From NCBI GenBank assembly GCA_951406725.2, contig OX597832.1, positions 58,218,001 through 58,282,000 on the forward strand: a DNA stretch of 64,000 nt. Direction: 5' to 3'. Both the position numbers and the translations under genes were made by a program. The notes under the pieces were generated by a model. The model did no database searches, had not been told where the DNA came from, and saw nothing but the letters and a program-made list of their open reading frames with translations. Shown one piece after another: positions 40,420-54,769 of this stretch. Numbering within the stretch: the first letter of the stretch is position 1; each line of letters opens with the position of its first letter. This stretch comes from Octopus vulgaris (taxonomy: Eukaryota).

Positions 40420-40707
40420 ATCTCTTTTACTTTTTTACTTGTTTCATTCATTTGACTGTGGCCATGCAGAAGCACCGCCTTTAGTCGAGCAAATCGACTC
40501 TAAGACTTATTCTATCGTTTTCTTTTGCCGAACCGCTAAGTTACGGGGACGTAAACACACCAGCATCGGTTGTCAAGCGATGTTGGGGGACAAACACAGA
40601 CAGACAAACACACACACATATATACATATGCATATATACGACGGGCTTCTTTCAGTTTCCGCCTACCAAATCCACTCACAAGGCTTTGGTCGGCCCGAGG
40701 CTATAGT
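40420..40707 (-). mobile_element. 5'-truncated SINE type B
   Basis: Reverse-complement match to tail and body. Confidence 0.88.
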
Positions 40708-41639
40708 GCACGCATATTAATATGTGCACACGTTCGTGTACTGTTTTTTTACGAAAACTCCTTATCCCTTTTTGGCATCACGTGGTATAATTACGCAATA
40801 AAACAGACAACAATATTGTAGTTATGTTAACGAGTCATTCTATAGATTTTCGAAAGCATCCCAATATGACGACTTTTTAAAATTCGAGTTTTAAATAGAA
40901 AAATTTAAAGGGAGTGAATATATTTTGCAAAATTTATATAAATTTATCGAAGTGTTTATTATAGCAACGAAAACTACTCTTGTCGACTTAGAAAGAGGAA
41001 AAAAAAACTAAGCAGTTTAAACCCCACAGTCAACTTTGTCGAGTAGATTTACTAATGAAAGATTCTCCATTCATGACCATCCAATCTTATATTCATCCAA
41101 ACTGTGCCTAGAGCTACACCATATATGCATTCTTTTTTCCTATGAATGTTTATATATCAATTTGCCAGACATTTTGTCCCTTGGTGCTATGGTACAAAAT
41201 TCCTGTTTTAAAGACATCTAGATTAACACGATCCAGCAAAATTCCATGTTAAATTATGTTCAAAATAATGGTCTAAAAGGGCGTAATTTTTTAATTAAAT
41301 TCTTCATAATTTTAAAATTAATTGTAGGAAAGGAAAATCAGAGATTTTCAAAAGAAATATTGTACCGAAAAGTTTAAAGAAGTTAGATGTGATAAGCGAG
41401 AGATTTTGTAATTAATAACGACTTCAAAGAGATTCTCTCATTGGATTATACCCACAACATATTGAAAACTAAAGGGATAAGTCGGAAGTTGGTTGGGTCA
41501 CTGTGGTTACTTTTCGGTCGATGACGTTCATGCCGTCACATGCTTCCATAAACCAAAATACATCTACCTAGAAGTTCATAAAGGCGTTTAGGTCTGATAA
41601 TTATAAATTGTGGAGAATACCTGTATAAATAATTCTTCA

Positions 41640-42507
41640 AAATTATTGGCACAAAGCAAGTACATTCGCCCCAGTATTTGACTGGTACTTTATCTTAACG
41701 TTTTGGAAGGAATGAAAAGCTTTGTAGCCTATGCGCTATTTCAACCTAGAAAGCAAAGAACAGACAAACATGCCGCTCAGCATTTTGTTCGACGCGCTAA
41801 CGATTCCGTCAGCTGACCATCTTCTACTTGTTCAAATATTGCTTTGAAATTTTGACGCAAAGCCAGAAATTTCGGAGGAGAGGGTAAGTCTGTTACATCC
41901 TCCCCAGTACACAACTGGTACTGATTTGATCAAATCCTTAAAGAATGAAAGGCAAAGTCGACTTCAGCATAATTTGAACTCGGAACGTCAAGACGGACGA
42001 AATGCGGTTAATCATTTTGTCCGGTTTGCAAACGATTCTACCAGCACCCAACCCTAAACTTGTGTAAAATAGTTGTTTCAAATTTTAGCACAAGGCCAGC
42101 ATTTTCGGAGGAGGGAGAAAGTCGGTTACACCGACCCCTATGCTCAACTGGTACTTCTTATGTTATCGACCATGAAAAGGTAAAAGTCAAAGTCGACCTT
42201 GGTGGAGTTTGAACACAGAAGTTGCTAAGCATTTTGTCCGGCGTGGTAACAATTCTGCCAGCCGATGGCCTTCTTGTTATTTCTCTTCTGGGCACAAGGC
42301 CTTGAAAATTTTATGGGAAGGGGAATTGTCGATTACATCGACCCCAGTGCGTAACTAGTACTTATTCCATCGACCGCGAAAGGGTGAAAGGCAAAGTCGA
42401 ATTTGAACTCAGAACATAACGGCAGACGAAAAACCGCTCAGCATTTTGCCCGGCGTGCTAATGTTTCTGCCACCTCGCCACCTTCAATAATAGTAACAAT
42501 GACAATA

Positions 42508-42605
<98 letters not shown>

Positions 42606-42968
42606 CTTTTCTACTCTATGCACAAAGACCGAAATTTTTGGTGAGGGGGACAGTCGATTAGATCGATCCCAGTACGCAACTGGTACATAATTTATCCACC
42701 CCGAAAGAATAAAAGGCAAAGTCGACCTCGGGGGAATTCGAAATCAGAACGTAAAGACAGACGAAATACCTATTTCTTTACTATTCACAACGGGCTAAAC
42801 ACAGAGAGAACAAACAAGGACAGACAAACGGATTAAGTCAATTATATCGATTCCAGAGCGTAACTTGTACTTAATTTATCGACCCCGAAAGAATGAAAGC
42901 TAAAGTCGACCTCGGTGGAATTCGAACTCAGAACGTAAAAACAGACGAAATATCGCTAGGTATTTTGC
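41640..42968 (-). mobile_element. Tandem cluster of about six SINE type A units
   Basis: Units at ~41645-41820, 41850-42050, 42085-42270, 42290-42483 and a dimer at 42610-42968, all on the same strand. Confidence 0.88.
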
Positions 42969-43388
42969 CTTCTTGTACAAGTAATGGCGGATAATCACTG
43001 TCAGGATTCGTAGTCTGCTGGCTTGAAAAAGCATTATATACTTAGTAGTGAGATAGGAGAATTGAAGATAGGAAATCTGGAAGGCTTCTTCTAGTGACAG
43101 AAATGTATGAAATTAAAAAAAAAACACGGCCAGCAGGCATGGTTCTTTTTGCGAAAGAAGATCTCACTTAGTGAACAATTTGAATGTCAGACAGAAAAAG
43201 GATTTGCGGTATTTACATACCGTTCTCACGATCTCAGTTCCAATCGCGCCTAAGTCGTTGTTTGGTTTTCATTTTCACGGGTCCGAAAAAATATCAGTTA
43301 AGTACGAGATTGATATAACAAAGTAATAATTTCTCACAAGTTTCAGAAGTTGTACATGTGCTAGAAACTACGGAATCATCGTAATAAA

Positions 43389-43441
<53 letters not shown>

Positions 43442-43582
43442 CCGCCGTCGCCACCGCTATCGCCGTCGCTATTGATGTTGCTGTTGTTCTTGTTATTCAA
43501 AGGCAAAACAGCTTCTGTGAGATTAATAATTCTGAAACTTTTGTATTGTTCAGTCTGTCTGTCTGTCTGTGTTTGTAGCTCT

Positions 43583-43637
<55 letters not shown>

Positions 43638-43754
43638 CACCGTGATCACCGTGACCGACCAGGCTATCAGATGTTGCTACACATCGCTGGTCACAATGCG
43701 TTTCGCATTGTTTTAGCCTTTAAATGACGCCACCCCGCTGGCTAAGCGAGCAGG

Positions 43755-43814
<60 letters not shown>

Positions 43815-44026
43815 TGTGTGCATATATATACATATATATGCATATATATGTATGTGCGTGTATGTGTGTATATATATACATATATATTCCTATATATGTA
43901 TATGTATATGTGTATGCATGTAGGTATGTAGGTTTACACAAACCAATGTATATGTATGTATGTATGTATATATGAGTAAAATGTTATTAATCTTTCACCA
44001 ATGGTTTCATCCGAATATATTCAATA

Positions 44027-44983
44027 CTAGCATTATGACCCGGCGTTACCGGGTCATAGTGCTAATTTGGTACAAATTTATTAAATTAAAAATTTGGGGT
44101 AATAAAACATACAATCACATATTAAAAAGACGAATTAAAATTCCAGAGAAAATACATAGAAGATAAATATACAAATTCACAAAAATACATAAAAGTTTCG
44201 GAGATGCACCAATTAATATGAAACATATCATATATCTAAAATTGACACTCCCCTCGTCAGGATGTTTTTAAACACAACACATAGTACAGGAAAACAAATG
44301 CACAATTACGTACCTGCTACATGCAAAAAAACAGACATTACGTACTCCCCAAAATTCTCATAGATACTGAATACTACTTTATAAGCATATTATTCAATCT
44401 AGCAGCTATAGTAAATGGTATGGGCACAGCTCCATCTGGACTAATTCACTTATGTACTCATTTAAATTTTTCATCTTTTAATTTCTCCTATTCATGCAAA
44501 GCCACATATTCGAGTTCAAGTCCTTGATACATTTTATACTAATTGCTATTTTTTCTTTTAATTGTTATATTACGATTTAATTACTATACTTTAGTTTTAT
44601 TTTAATTACTACTTACTATATTTGCTATATTTAATTCAATTGTTATTATTGCCTATAACTTTTATTGCAATTTTTATTTCTAAATTTCTTATGGAACGTA
44701 GAGTGGATCTTATGCGTACAATATATTTTTATATATTTATGTATTACTATATATTTCTAAACGTCGGGCTTTATGTCTGTTCTGTAGATATAAATGGATA
44801 TATGAATATGTGTATGTGTTTGATCTTTATGTGGATTTTGTAGTGCTCTTGTAGTTGCTGCTCGCATTGACTCCCCTAGGATTAAAAATTGTATGCAGCT
44901 CATTTGAGCACTACTATTCCAGTCTGATATATATTTTGAGCGTTGTTGTCACCAACGATCTCAAGATATAACTTTATATTTTG

Positions 44984-45043
<60 letters not shown>

Positions 45044-45509
45044 TAACAAGGGCTAAAATTAATACTTAAGAAGTAGGTTCAATAATTTCAGTAGATTTAC
45101 CGGTATGAAAAAGGACCATTTCTGGTAAACTTAAGTAATACTATAATAATTAGGGTTCATATATAAGATTTGCTTTATGTATGTATATGTAGTATGTGGT
45201 AAATGCAAATGTATGTATGCTGAACCTAATTATTAAGTATATATATATATATATATATATACATATACATACAATAGAGAGATGTTTTGTTTCACTTTTA
45301 ACACGTAATACTGAAATAGTGGAGAAGACATGATATTGCTGTGGGCTTGCTCTAGGCAAGAAGTTAAACACTTTTTTGCCCATGACACTGCATGGACCCT
45401 AAGTAAGGCATGTGTAAAATTTGAATGAAATTGCTTCTGTAGTTCTCAAGTTTTAAGGAAATAGACAGACAGACAGACAAGCATTCTCAGTTTTATATAT
45501 ATAGAGAGA
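44027..45509 (-). mobile_element. Non-autonomous Helitron (both ends present, heterogeneous interior)
   Basis: Minus strand A|TCTCTCTATATATATAAAA + (GTCT)n at 45509; hairpin TAGCATTATGACCCGG/CCGGGTCATAGTGCTA and CTAG|T at 44027. That both ends belong to one element is inferred. Confidence 0.72.
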
Positions 45510-45782
45510 TTATTCAATCGTAGTTTGAATAATGCTACCTGCTTGGCCATGTTGCCGTATATACGTACATACAAGTGCACACACATATATACATATATAT
45601 GGATACATGCATAAAACTATACGTAGGTATGTATATATAGATGCATATACTACTAATCCCCATACATCCCTTACACCATTCACTTTATAATTCTATATCT
45701 AACCTAATTGCACCAAATAAAATGAAGTAGCATGAAACGATTGTATTACACTACCTTGGATATCCTTGTTGCTGATGTTTTG

Positions 45783-45874
<92 letters not shown>

Positions 45875-45897
45875 GTATCTGCCTATCTATCTGTCTC

Positions 45898-45991
<94 letters not shown>

Positions 45992-46304
45992 AATATACAT
46001 ATTTGTATAACACATGTATATTGCAATGTTCTTTATAGCAATTATATTTAAATCTAGATTATATATTGAGTACTTCTTCCTTATGTTGGTCCAGACAGAG
46101 AAACGCACACAGACACACTCACACACACACACACACAGACAAATACACACACGCACATACACATACACTTATGCACGTGCGTGTGTTTATATCTTTGCAG
46201 ACATTAATCCTAACACAGCAGTATTCGATCAACAGCCAGTGACAAATCATCGATAATCTCTAATCACTATTGACTATACATTCGTACGAGTAGCACACAC
46301 ACAA

Positions 46305-46338
<34 letters not shown>

Positions 46339-46416
46339 ACACTCACACACACACATATACATCTAACAATAAACATTTACACACACCGTAAAAATACCGA
46401 TACTTATCGATGCAAC

Positions 46417-46467
<51 letters not shown>

Positions 46468-46547
46468 ATATACATATATACACGTATATATGTGTATGTG
46501 TGTATATATATCTGCATATCTATGTATAGAAATTTTTCATAGATATG

Positions 46548-46591
<44 letters not shown>

Positions 46592-46758
46592 ATATATATA
46601 CATATATATATATTTATACACACACACACATATATATATCTACATATCTATAAAAAATTTTGTATATTTTATATATATATATATATATATGCACACATTT
46701 ATATATTCATAGACACATTATATATACTGATATATATGTATAAATATACATGTATATG

Positions 46759-46803
<45 letters not shown>

Positions 46804-46844
46804 TTACATGTATGTACGTGTGTATATATCTCTATATATATCTA

Positions 46845-46923
<79 letters not shown>

Positions 46924-47252
46924 ATATTTATCTTCTTTGTGTGTCTTGCAGACGTGTGTGTTAATATATGTATTTAACTCTGAAATAAACTTATTTAGTA
47001 TTAAATTTGGCGAGTATTTTCAAACAACTTTTGTTAAAGTTATTCACCCAGAATCATGTTAAGTCCATCTGAAGTACTTGTGAAATACAATTAGAAAACA
47101 ACATCCAAGTATGTGTACAGGTATGTATATTTTAGATACGCGAATGTATGTGCACACGCATGCACACACATATGCATAGACACACATACACAAATATATA
47201 TATATATATACATATACACACATAAATATATACACAAATATATATATATATG

Positions 47253-47355
<103 letters not shown>

Positions 47356-47477
47356 GTAAATGTATATATTTCTGTGCGTAGTTTATATACGTGTGTTTGT
47401 TGTCTGGTACTGAAAATAAGAATATGGTAGGATATTAGAATTTATAGAAAGAAGGTAGCTTGTGGCAGTTAATGTAC

Positions 47478-47518
<41 letters not shown>

Positions 47519-47872
47519 GTATATCTATATATTTATGTGTACATATTTATATATATACATAAAAATATATATATATATATGTGTATATATATGCATATAT
47601 ATATATATATATATATAGTTTCTATTGCTGACAAGTAAAAATATTCTGAGGTGGCGTCTGTTGCCATTTAGAATAGGATATTCGTGAGAAGTGATCGTGT
47701 CAGATACTATTTTAAGTCATTTTATTGCTTAGATCGTTCATGTGTGAATGATAAATCGAATTGCCACACCAGGCTTTACAATATGGGTCAATCATTCTAG
47801 CGGGGAGAGTTATTTTTCCCCTCCGATCATTATTATTATTGTTGCTGTTGTTTTTATTATTATTATTATTAA

Positions 47873-47903
<31 letters not shown>

Positions 47904-48842
47904 GTTGTTATTAATATTTGTGATGTTGTTATTGTTAATTTTATTAGTATTAATCTTCTTCTTCTTCTTCTTCTTCTTCTTCTTCTTCTTCTTCTTCTTC
48001 TTCTTCTCCTTCTCCTTCTCCTTCTTCTTGTTTTTATTCTCTTTTCCCTACATTTTTCCCCTTCTTTTAATGTCATCACCTTTGTAGTAAGTCTGTGTTT
48101 CAATTTATGTTCAAAAACTTTGTACTTAGCCTCATGTTTATATCTCCGTCTTTCAAAGAAACACAAGTATTTCTCAATTTGTTTTTTTTTTTATATTATA
48201 TTTATCTTCTTTCTTTCTTTTTTTAATTTTATTTGACTGATGTTTTTTTTTCTTTTCCTTTTTTTCTTTCACATCTACTTCACGGAATAGTCATATTTTA
48301 TTTAGCTTTCTTTACGTTTCTGTTTGTATTTCGTCTTTTTTTCTACAATTTTACCTCGTCTCTGTTTGTCCCGTATAGTTTGGTGTCTGCTTGTGTTTGT
48401 ATATATGCGGGCGCGTATGTGTGTCTTTCTCTCCTCAGCCCCCGACTTTACAGACTTGACAATGTCTAGAGTTATAATTGATGGATATTACATTTCTGCA
48501 ATGTCTCTATTGGACATTATATTTATGAGTTGGTTTACAGAAACAATCTACCAACGCATAGATTTTAAAGCCACAAAAAAAAAAAAAAAAATACAGCTCG
48601 CGATACCTATAGCTAAGATCAAATTAAAAACAATATAAAAACAACAAAATCAATTCATATACGTATTATTAGCAATTTTATATTTAGCAATCATCCATAG
48701 TTTGACAATATGTTTAGCTTCATTTAAATTCGTATATTTATAAAGTTTCTGTATTAACTTTTACATAATTATTTTACTGAAAACGAAATCGTCCTGAAAA
48801 GTTCACCATTAATTCATGACTATTTCATGGATTGGCAAAATC

Positions 48843-49079
48843 TGTTTCTTTATTGCCCACAAGGGGCTAAACATAGAGGGGACAAAGGGATTAAGTCGAT
48901 TACATCGACCTCAGTGCGTAACTGGTACTTAATTTATCGACCCCGAAAGGATGAAAGGCAAAGTCGACCTCGGCGGAATTTGAACTCAGAACGCAACGAC
49001 AGACGCAATACCACTAAGCATTTCGCCCGGTTGCTAACGTTTCTGCCAGCTCGCCGCCTTGGCCAGCTCGCCGCCTTAT
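48843..49079 (-). mobile_element. SINE type A with a 15-bp TSD and a duplicated 5' end
   Basis: TGGATTGGCAAAATC at 48828-48842 and 49080-49094; GCCAGCTCGCCGCCTT occurs twice. Confidence 0.93.
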
Positions 49080-49144
49080 TGGATTGGCAAAATCGATGAG
49101 ACATCGGATGTTATATCCCTTGAAATATATTTAATAAGATATAA

Positions 49145-49352
49145 ATGTTCCTTCTCGAGCCATGCCTGGCTCATAAGGGCCGGTTTCCCGGTTTCAATGG
49201 CGTAGAAATTCCCCACCTGGACGGGTCGCCGGTCCGTTGCAGGACTAATCATTTTTGCCATCTGAGTGGACTGGAGCAACGTGAAAGGAAGTGTTTTGCT
49301 CGAGAACACGATGCGTCGCCCGGTCCAGGAATCGAAACCATACGATCATGAT
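49145..49352 (-). mobile_element. 5'-truncated SINE with a type D core and tail Y
   Basis: Reverse strand GAGCAAAACACTT..TTTCACGTTGCTCCAGTCCACTCAG followed by CTGCAACGGACCGGCGACCCGTCCAGG. Confidence 0.85.
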
Positions 49353-49619
49353 GAAATATATTTAGTTGCAAAATTTAACTTTTGCGTTTGAAGTAGTTTA
49401 ATAATGGTTTTCGCGGTCATTTCCGCTCCTCATAGTCACGTGCTCCAGTACTAATGTAACGACTCGTGGCATCCAGATAGATGTATTTATGCAAATAGCG
49501 TAAAACCCATTGGCTGGTGTAGTATAGTATCGCAGGAGGAAAACAAAATATTAATATATGTTACTCTCTTTCACTTCAGGACGATTTTATTTCGCCTAGT
49601 CTTCGGATATACAGTGTGT

Positions 49620-49984
49620 TTCTCTTTTACTCTTTTACTTGTTTCAGTCATTTGACTGTGGCCATGCTGGATCACCGCCTTTAGTCGAGCAAATCGACCC
49701 CAGGACTTATTCTTTGTAAGCCTAGTACTTATTCTATCGTTTTCTTTTGCCTAACCGCTAAGTTACGGGGACGTAAACACACCAGCATCGGTTGTCAAGA
49801 AACATATGCACAAACATACATATATACGACGGGCTTCTTTTAGTTTCCGTCTACCAAATCCACTCACAAGGCTTTGGTCGTCCCGAGGCTATAGTAGAAG
49901 ACACTTGCCCAAGTTGCCATGCAGTGGGACTGAACCCGGAACCAGGTAGTTCGTAAGCAAGCTACTTACCACACAGCCACTCCT
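49620..49984 (-). mobile_element. SINE type B
   Basis: Near-consensus reverse complement. Confidence 0.92.
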
Positions 49985-50346
49985 AGATGCATTCTTAAAG
50001 CGTATCCCCTGGGCGAAATACCGCATATATAAATCGTTTATTAACAGACACACATTAATGATGTAAAAGTAACATCTAGCTCGTTCTTTTATCCTATTAG
50101 ATTGCGATCACTTCACCGACGAGTTTGCCATTCATCGTGGAGCCTATCATAAGTTGTGCAATGGTTGATAATCATCCGTAGGTGCAGCTTTGAAAGTCTG
50201 TTAATTAGCGTAGTGATACTAAAATTGTTTTTTGTCTAAGAGCGTTAAGAATATTTGCTTCGGTACTGCATTCATCCTTCCGAGGTGGTTAAAATGGTTA
50301 CTACTTAAATATTAAGTCATTTTAAACAATTATATACAACTTGCTA

Positions 50347-51004
50347 CAGTGGTTTCCAAAGTGGGCGGTTCTGCCCTACTGGAGGGCAGTGGAAATTCTA
50401 GGGAGTGTTAAAGAAAAGTGGAGCGATAATAAAAGTAAAGGGTAAAGGGAGCGATAATAGAGTGGCCAAAAGGGAATAATATATGTAAAAACAACAAGGT
50501 GCCGCAGGTGTGGCTGTGTAATATATATCTTGCTTACCAACCGCATGGTTCAGTCCCAACTGCGTGGCACCTTGGGCAAGTGTCTTCTACTATAGCCTCA
50601 GGCCGACCAAAGACTTGTGAGTGGATTTGGTAGACGGAAACTGAAAGAAGCCCATTGTATATATGTATATATGTATGTGTATGTGTGTGTTTGTCACCCC
50701 TCCCCTGACATCGCTTGACATGTTATGCTGGTGTGTTTACGTCCCCGTAAATTACCATTTCGGCAAAAAGAAACCGATTGAATAAGTACTAGGCTTACAA
50801 AGAATAAGACCCGGGATCGATTTGCTCGACTAAAAGGTGGTGTTCCAGCATGGCCGCAGTCTGAAACAAGTATAAAAAAAGGTTAATAAGGTTAACTTTT
50901 ATTTGTGAAATACAATTGTTTTGAATTCGTGGCGGTGAGTGGGGCTAGGAATGTGAGCCGAGTGCCACGGTGGCGTCAGACCGTAAATGTTTTGGAAACC
51001 CCTG
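50347..51004. mobile_element. hAT-like MITE interrupted by a SINE type B
   Basis: TIRs CAGTGGTTTCCAAA / TTTGGAAACCCCTG; flanking 8-mers match at only 5/8 (ACTTGCTA/ATTTACAA). Confidence 0.7.
50497..50875 (+). mobile_element. SINE type B
   Basis: Head to tail match. Confidence 0.9.
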
Positions 51005-52334
51005 ATTTACAACGTCATCCACACTTTATATGTTTGTGTCATGTTTTATAGCATTTTTTTCATCAATCACTTCTTTTAAACACAACCGTGTTTTACTATT
51101 CATATCTATTTGAAGTGTATATATAAAAAAAATGAAGATGATTCAAAGATAATTACTACCTCAACTACCGGATTTAATTACGGTTCTAATATACATGTGA
51201 AGCTATGCAGCAGACGTACAAATATACAGAAGTTAGCTACTTCACTGTCGACTGAAAAACTAATTTGCGATCCTTATTGGAGCCTCATCAGCGTTTTCTA
51301 CATCACATGACCAATCCCAGAGAAACAAGTAACCAATTCGTTTGTAAAGACACCAATTCCACTGGACTTACTAATTTACATACTCGAAGTGTTTAACGCT
51401 ATATATAATATCAGAGGCCTGTCAACGGGGATTTCAGCTCACATAGTATCAGGATATTAAAATCGTGTCAAAATTACTTATTTCTCTGTAGACTGAATTT
51501 AAAAAAAACGATAAACAGTCTTAATCGATATGCAGTCAAATGCTTCATATCGATACACAAACATCGTATACACCTACGCGCTACTATTTAAAAAAAAAAT
51601 CATTTTATATCGCAATCAGTGATAACTGTTACTTAGTCCAATCATAGATCGCCATTGTCGCCGAAACGCTATAAAGTCAACGAAAGGAGAAAGCGAAAGC
51701 AACAGAATGCTTTAGTTAAATATAAAAAAAATAAAGTTGATTCTTGAACGCATTGGAAATTCAATTTCCATTCATAAAATCATGTAAGATGATCAAAAGC
51801 TGTCTGCAACATTGCCAGATGAAACTGTTCAACGAATAAAACAAAATTGTTAAACAGAAAACAAAAATAAGATTGGAAACCATCAAAAACTTCTTTGTAG
51901 TTCATATTTCTATGGCGTGTCTGTCTTAGGAAAAATTACATAACAACCATCTTTTTTTTTATTTATGTAAACAAGTACTGGATATGTCGTTACCTGAGTT
52001 CATGGTGTTTTCGTTCTGCTGTAAAAAAATTTTTTTTTTTTGACAAGCAAAGTGGGGATAACTTAGATTCTTTTTATTATTGCCATGTTGGGAAGATGAT
52101 ACGAATGTCGGGATAGTTCCTTTGTTCCTTTTAGTTTAAAAATACAGCCACTGCATACGCAACCATGCACACACATAAACACACACACACATACACATGT
52201 ACACACACATACACACACTTACACACACAGTGGAAAATTAAGATAAACACTATATTTAGTTCGTACTTATTTTCCCCCGTTTTAGCTATTTGGAATTCAG
52301 CATGAGATAACCCAAGTGCATTTGGTTGCCTAAC

Positions 52335-52615
52335 CGCAGTGGATCAATGTATAACAGCCTTTTCGTGAAATTAACGTGTAAGTGGCTGAGTATTCCACAG
52401 TCAAGTGTACCATTTAGGTAGTTCTCAGGGAGATTCAGCGTGACACAGAATGTGACAAGGCTGGTTCTTTAGAAATAGGGGAACGACTCATTTTTGCCAG
52501 CTGAGTGGACAAGTGAAACGTGAAACAAGTTTCTCGTCATTGGACACAACACGTCACCAGGAATCGAACTCATGACTGTATTATCGCGAGTACAATGCTC
52601 TAACCATTAAGCCAC
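52335..52615 (-). mobile_element. SINE type D with tail X, degenerate
   Basis: TCGTGAAATTAACGTG..GATTCAGCGTGACACAGA..CAGCTGAGTGGAC..GGAATCGAACTCA. Confidence 0.82.
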
Positions 52616-53382
52616 TATGACATTATGTATGAGATCGGCAACAATACACAGCACTTTTCTTTACAGGTGCCATATAAATAACCTCGGCCATCAGAACATT
52701 GACACAGCACGAATTTATTGAAACAAGGGAGATGGCAATACTAACACGTCTCAAATGGAAGGAAAATAAATGTTATGGAATATCTTCGAACAAAATAGTT
52801 TGTTGACTGCGATAATAATATAACAAAAAATAAAGCAAAAATACAAAAAAATGAGAGAAGGTGCTAAAATAAATAATTTAAAAATGCTGTGGGGTCTGGT
52901 GTAATGGCGTTTTAATGTGTTAATGACTCCATGTGTAGAGTTCTTAGATTTAAGCTGGCTCAAACAACATCTTAATGCTGCAAGATATTAGGAAAAAAAC
53001 CGTATGAAAAATGCAAAGACTTCAGAGCATAGTTCACAGTGCATGTAAGACAATTTTGTTGTTAATAAATGGAGAGTGTTTCCATTGGAAAAGATTGGAG
53101 TTTGTGGTGGGTGAGATACGAGGCGGGTGGTCTGTGTACATAATCTATGGTTCTTTAGCGTCTGTTGAAAAATATAACGGGAAGATAATCTCTTGGAATG
53201 CATAATCTCCTTCCAGTTATAATACTTTTGCTTTTGCTGGAGTATATATATATATATCTCTCACATCGATATTCCAAACAAACACGAACAAAAAAACTAC
53301 AACAGAATTAAAGAGATAAAGAGGGAGCGTATATACATACATACATTTATGTATGTGTTTATATATAAATATATATATATAT

Positions 53383-53413
<31 letters not shown>

Positions 53414-53547
53414 GTATATATATGTATATATATACATATATATGGATTAACATAATAAGGATATGTATTATACACACACATGTACACACACATCTATTTG
53501 CTTATCAATATATCTTTCTGTCTATGTGTCTGCCTATCTATCTATCA

Positions 53548-53651
<104 letters not shown>

Positions 53652-53955
53652 ATCTATCTGTCTATCAATATATATATGGGGAAAGTCACAGCTCACTGCA
53701 GAAAATGCTTGAAACATCAAAGAATATAAAGCATACCGGTTAAGCATAAATTACTCACGGAAAATAACCTACAAGACAACTGTATAGCAAGAGGGACAAA
53801 TCGACGAAAATTACATCGACGCAACCAGAAAACTTTAAAAGCAATATGCATAGTCCCAACGAAGTTTATTTGGGTTTAAGTGGAGAATACTGAGGAGCAT
53901 AAATATAAACTTGGCAAAGTGGACAGTAATATTACGTAAAGGATTCCGAGAAATA

Positions 53956-54521
53956 TTGGGCTGTCCGGAAAGTCTGTGTCGATATTTAAAGGAAAGAAAA
54001 AGGTCAATAACTACTTGCCATTACATTTTTAATCAACCAAATATGAACCATTTTGTTGCACAATCCATCTCCATCTTTCCTTTAACTTGAAAATGCCCTC
54101 TTCTCAGAATTGAGGTGGTTACATGGCAAAGAATTCATCAAGGTATCTTTTTACGTCATCCAAGGAATTGGAATTGTTACCATTAAGACTATTCTGTAGA
54201 GACCTGAATAAGTGGAAATCCGAAGGAGCAATATCTGGTGAATATGGAAGGTGGAGTCACACACTCTAGCCAAGCTGCAGCAATTTTTGTTTGGTTCCCA
54301 AAGCATCAAGTGCCGAAAATGAACTTTCTTATATTCCATTTTAAACGGTTACAGAACTAACACAGGTTATAGAAACATAAATCTTCTTCCACGAAAAGAT
54401 AGCTTAAACTGTGCTCTAAATGGAGGTGTAGTCAAATACTATTCTATGGACTCAACTATGTTCTAAAATAAGTCGAAAGGTAAGCTGCTATAAATCGGCA
54501 CGAACTTTCCGGACAACCCAA
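53956..54521 (-). mobile_element. Internally deleted mariner transposon (566 bp)
   Basis: TA-flanked TIRs TTGGGCTGTCCGGAAAGTCTGTGTCGAT / ATCGGCACGAACTTTCCGGACAACCCAA; N-terminal MEYKKVHFRHLML joined to PYSPDIAPSDFHLFRSLQNSLNG..EEGIFKLKERWRWIVQQNGSYLVD*. Confidence 0.93.
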
Positions 54522-54769
54522 TATTACATAATTATGCCACAAATATGTTTAATTAACACATGAAATGATGTCATCTTGCAGACACTAGAAAAATTCCATT
54601 TATAAAAATGGTATTGACGACAAACAAATATAACCGTGCAAACTTAAGTGTGGGAAAGAAATTGTGCAAATAAGGTAAATTCTTTGAATCTTAATATCAA
54701 AATAAATACTGGAGATGTACTTGCATAGCAAGTGACCTGATTTGAGATCGTGTGCTGGAACGAAAACAA

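Noticed and set aside
41150-41378. Possible old piggyBac-like MITE, and a similar old repeat at 19040-19260
   Set aside because: Too degenerate; termini could not be verified from this window.
41640-42968. CRISPR-like repeat-spacer array
   Set aside because: Units are ~200-bp diverged SINE copies in eukaryotic DNA; no short identical repeats or cas genes.
51250-51300. Minus-strand CTGATGAG-GCTCC..GGATC hammerhead candidate
   Set aside because: The GAAA core is broken (GCAAA), stem III is absent and there is no second copy.
51630-51945. CCAAT + TATA promoter with a downstream ORF
   Set aside because: The frame has several stops and no recognisable protein; the motifs are too common to call.
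53011-53205. Kelch-like phrase SLASVEKYN..W
   Set aside because: Single short match with wrong GG spacing, no neighbouring repeats or splice sites.
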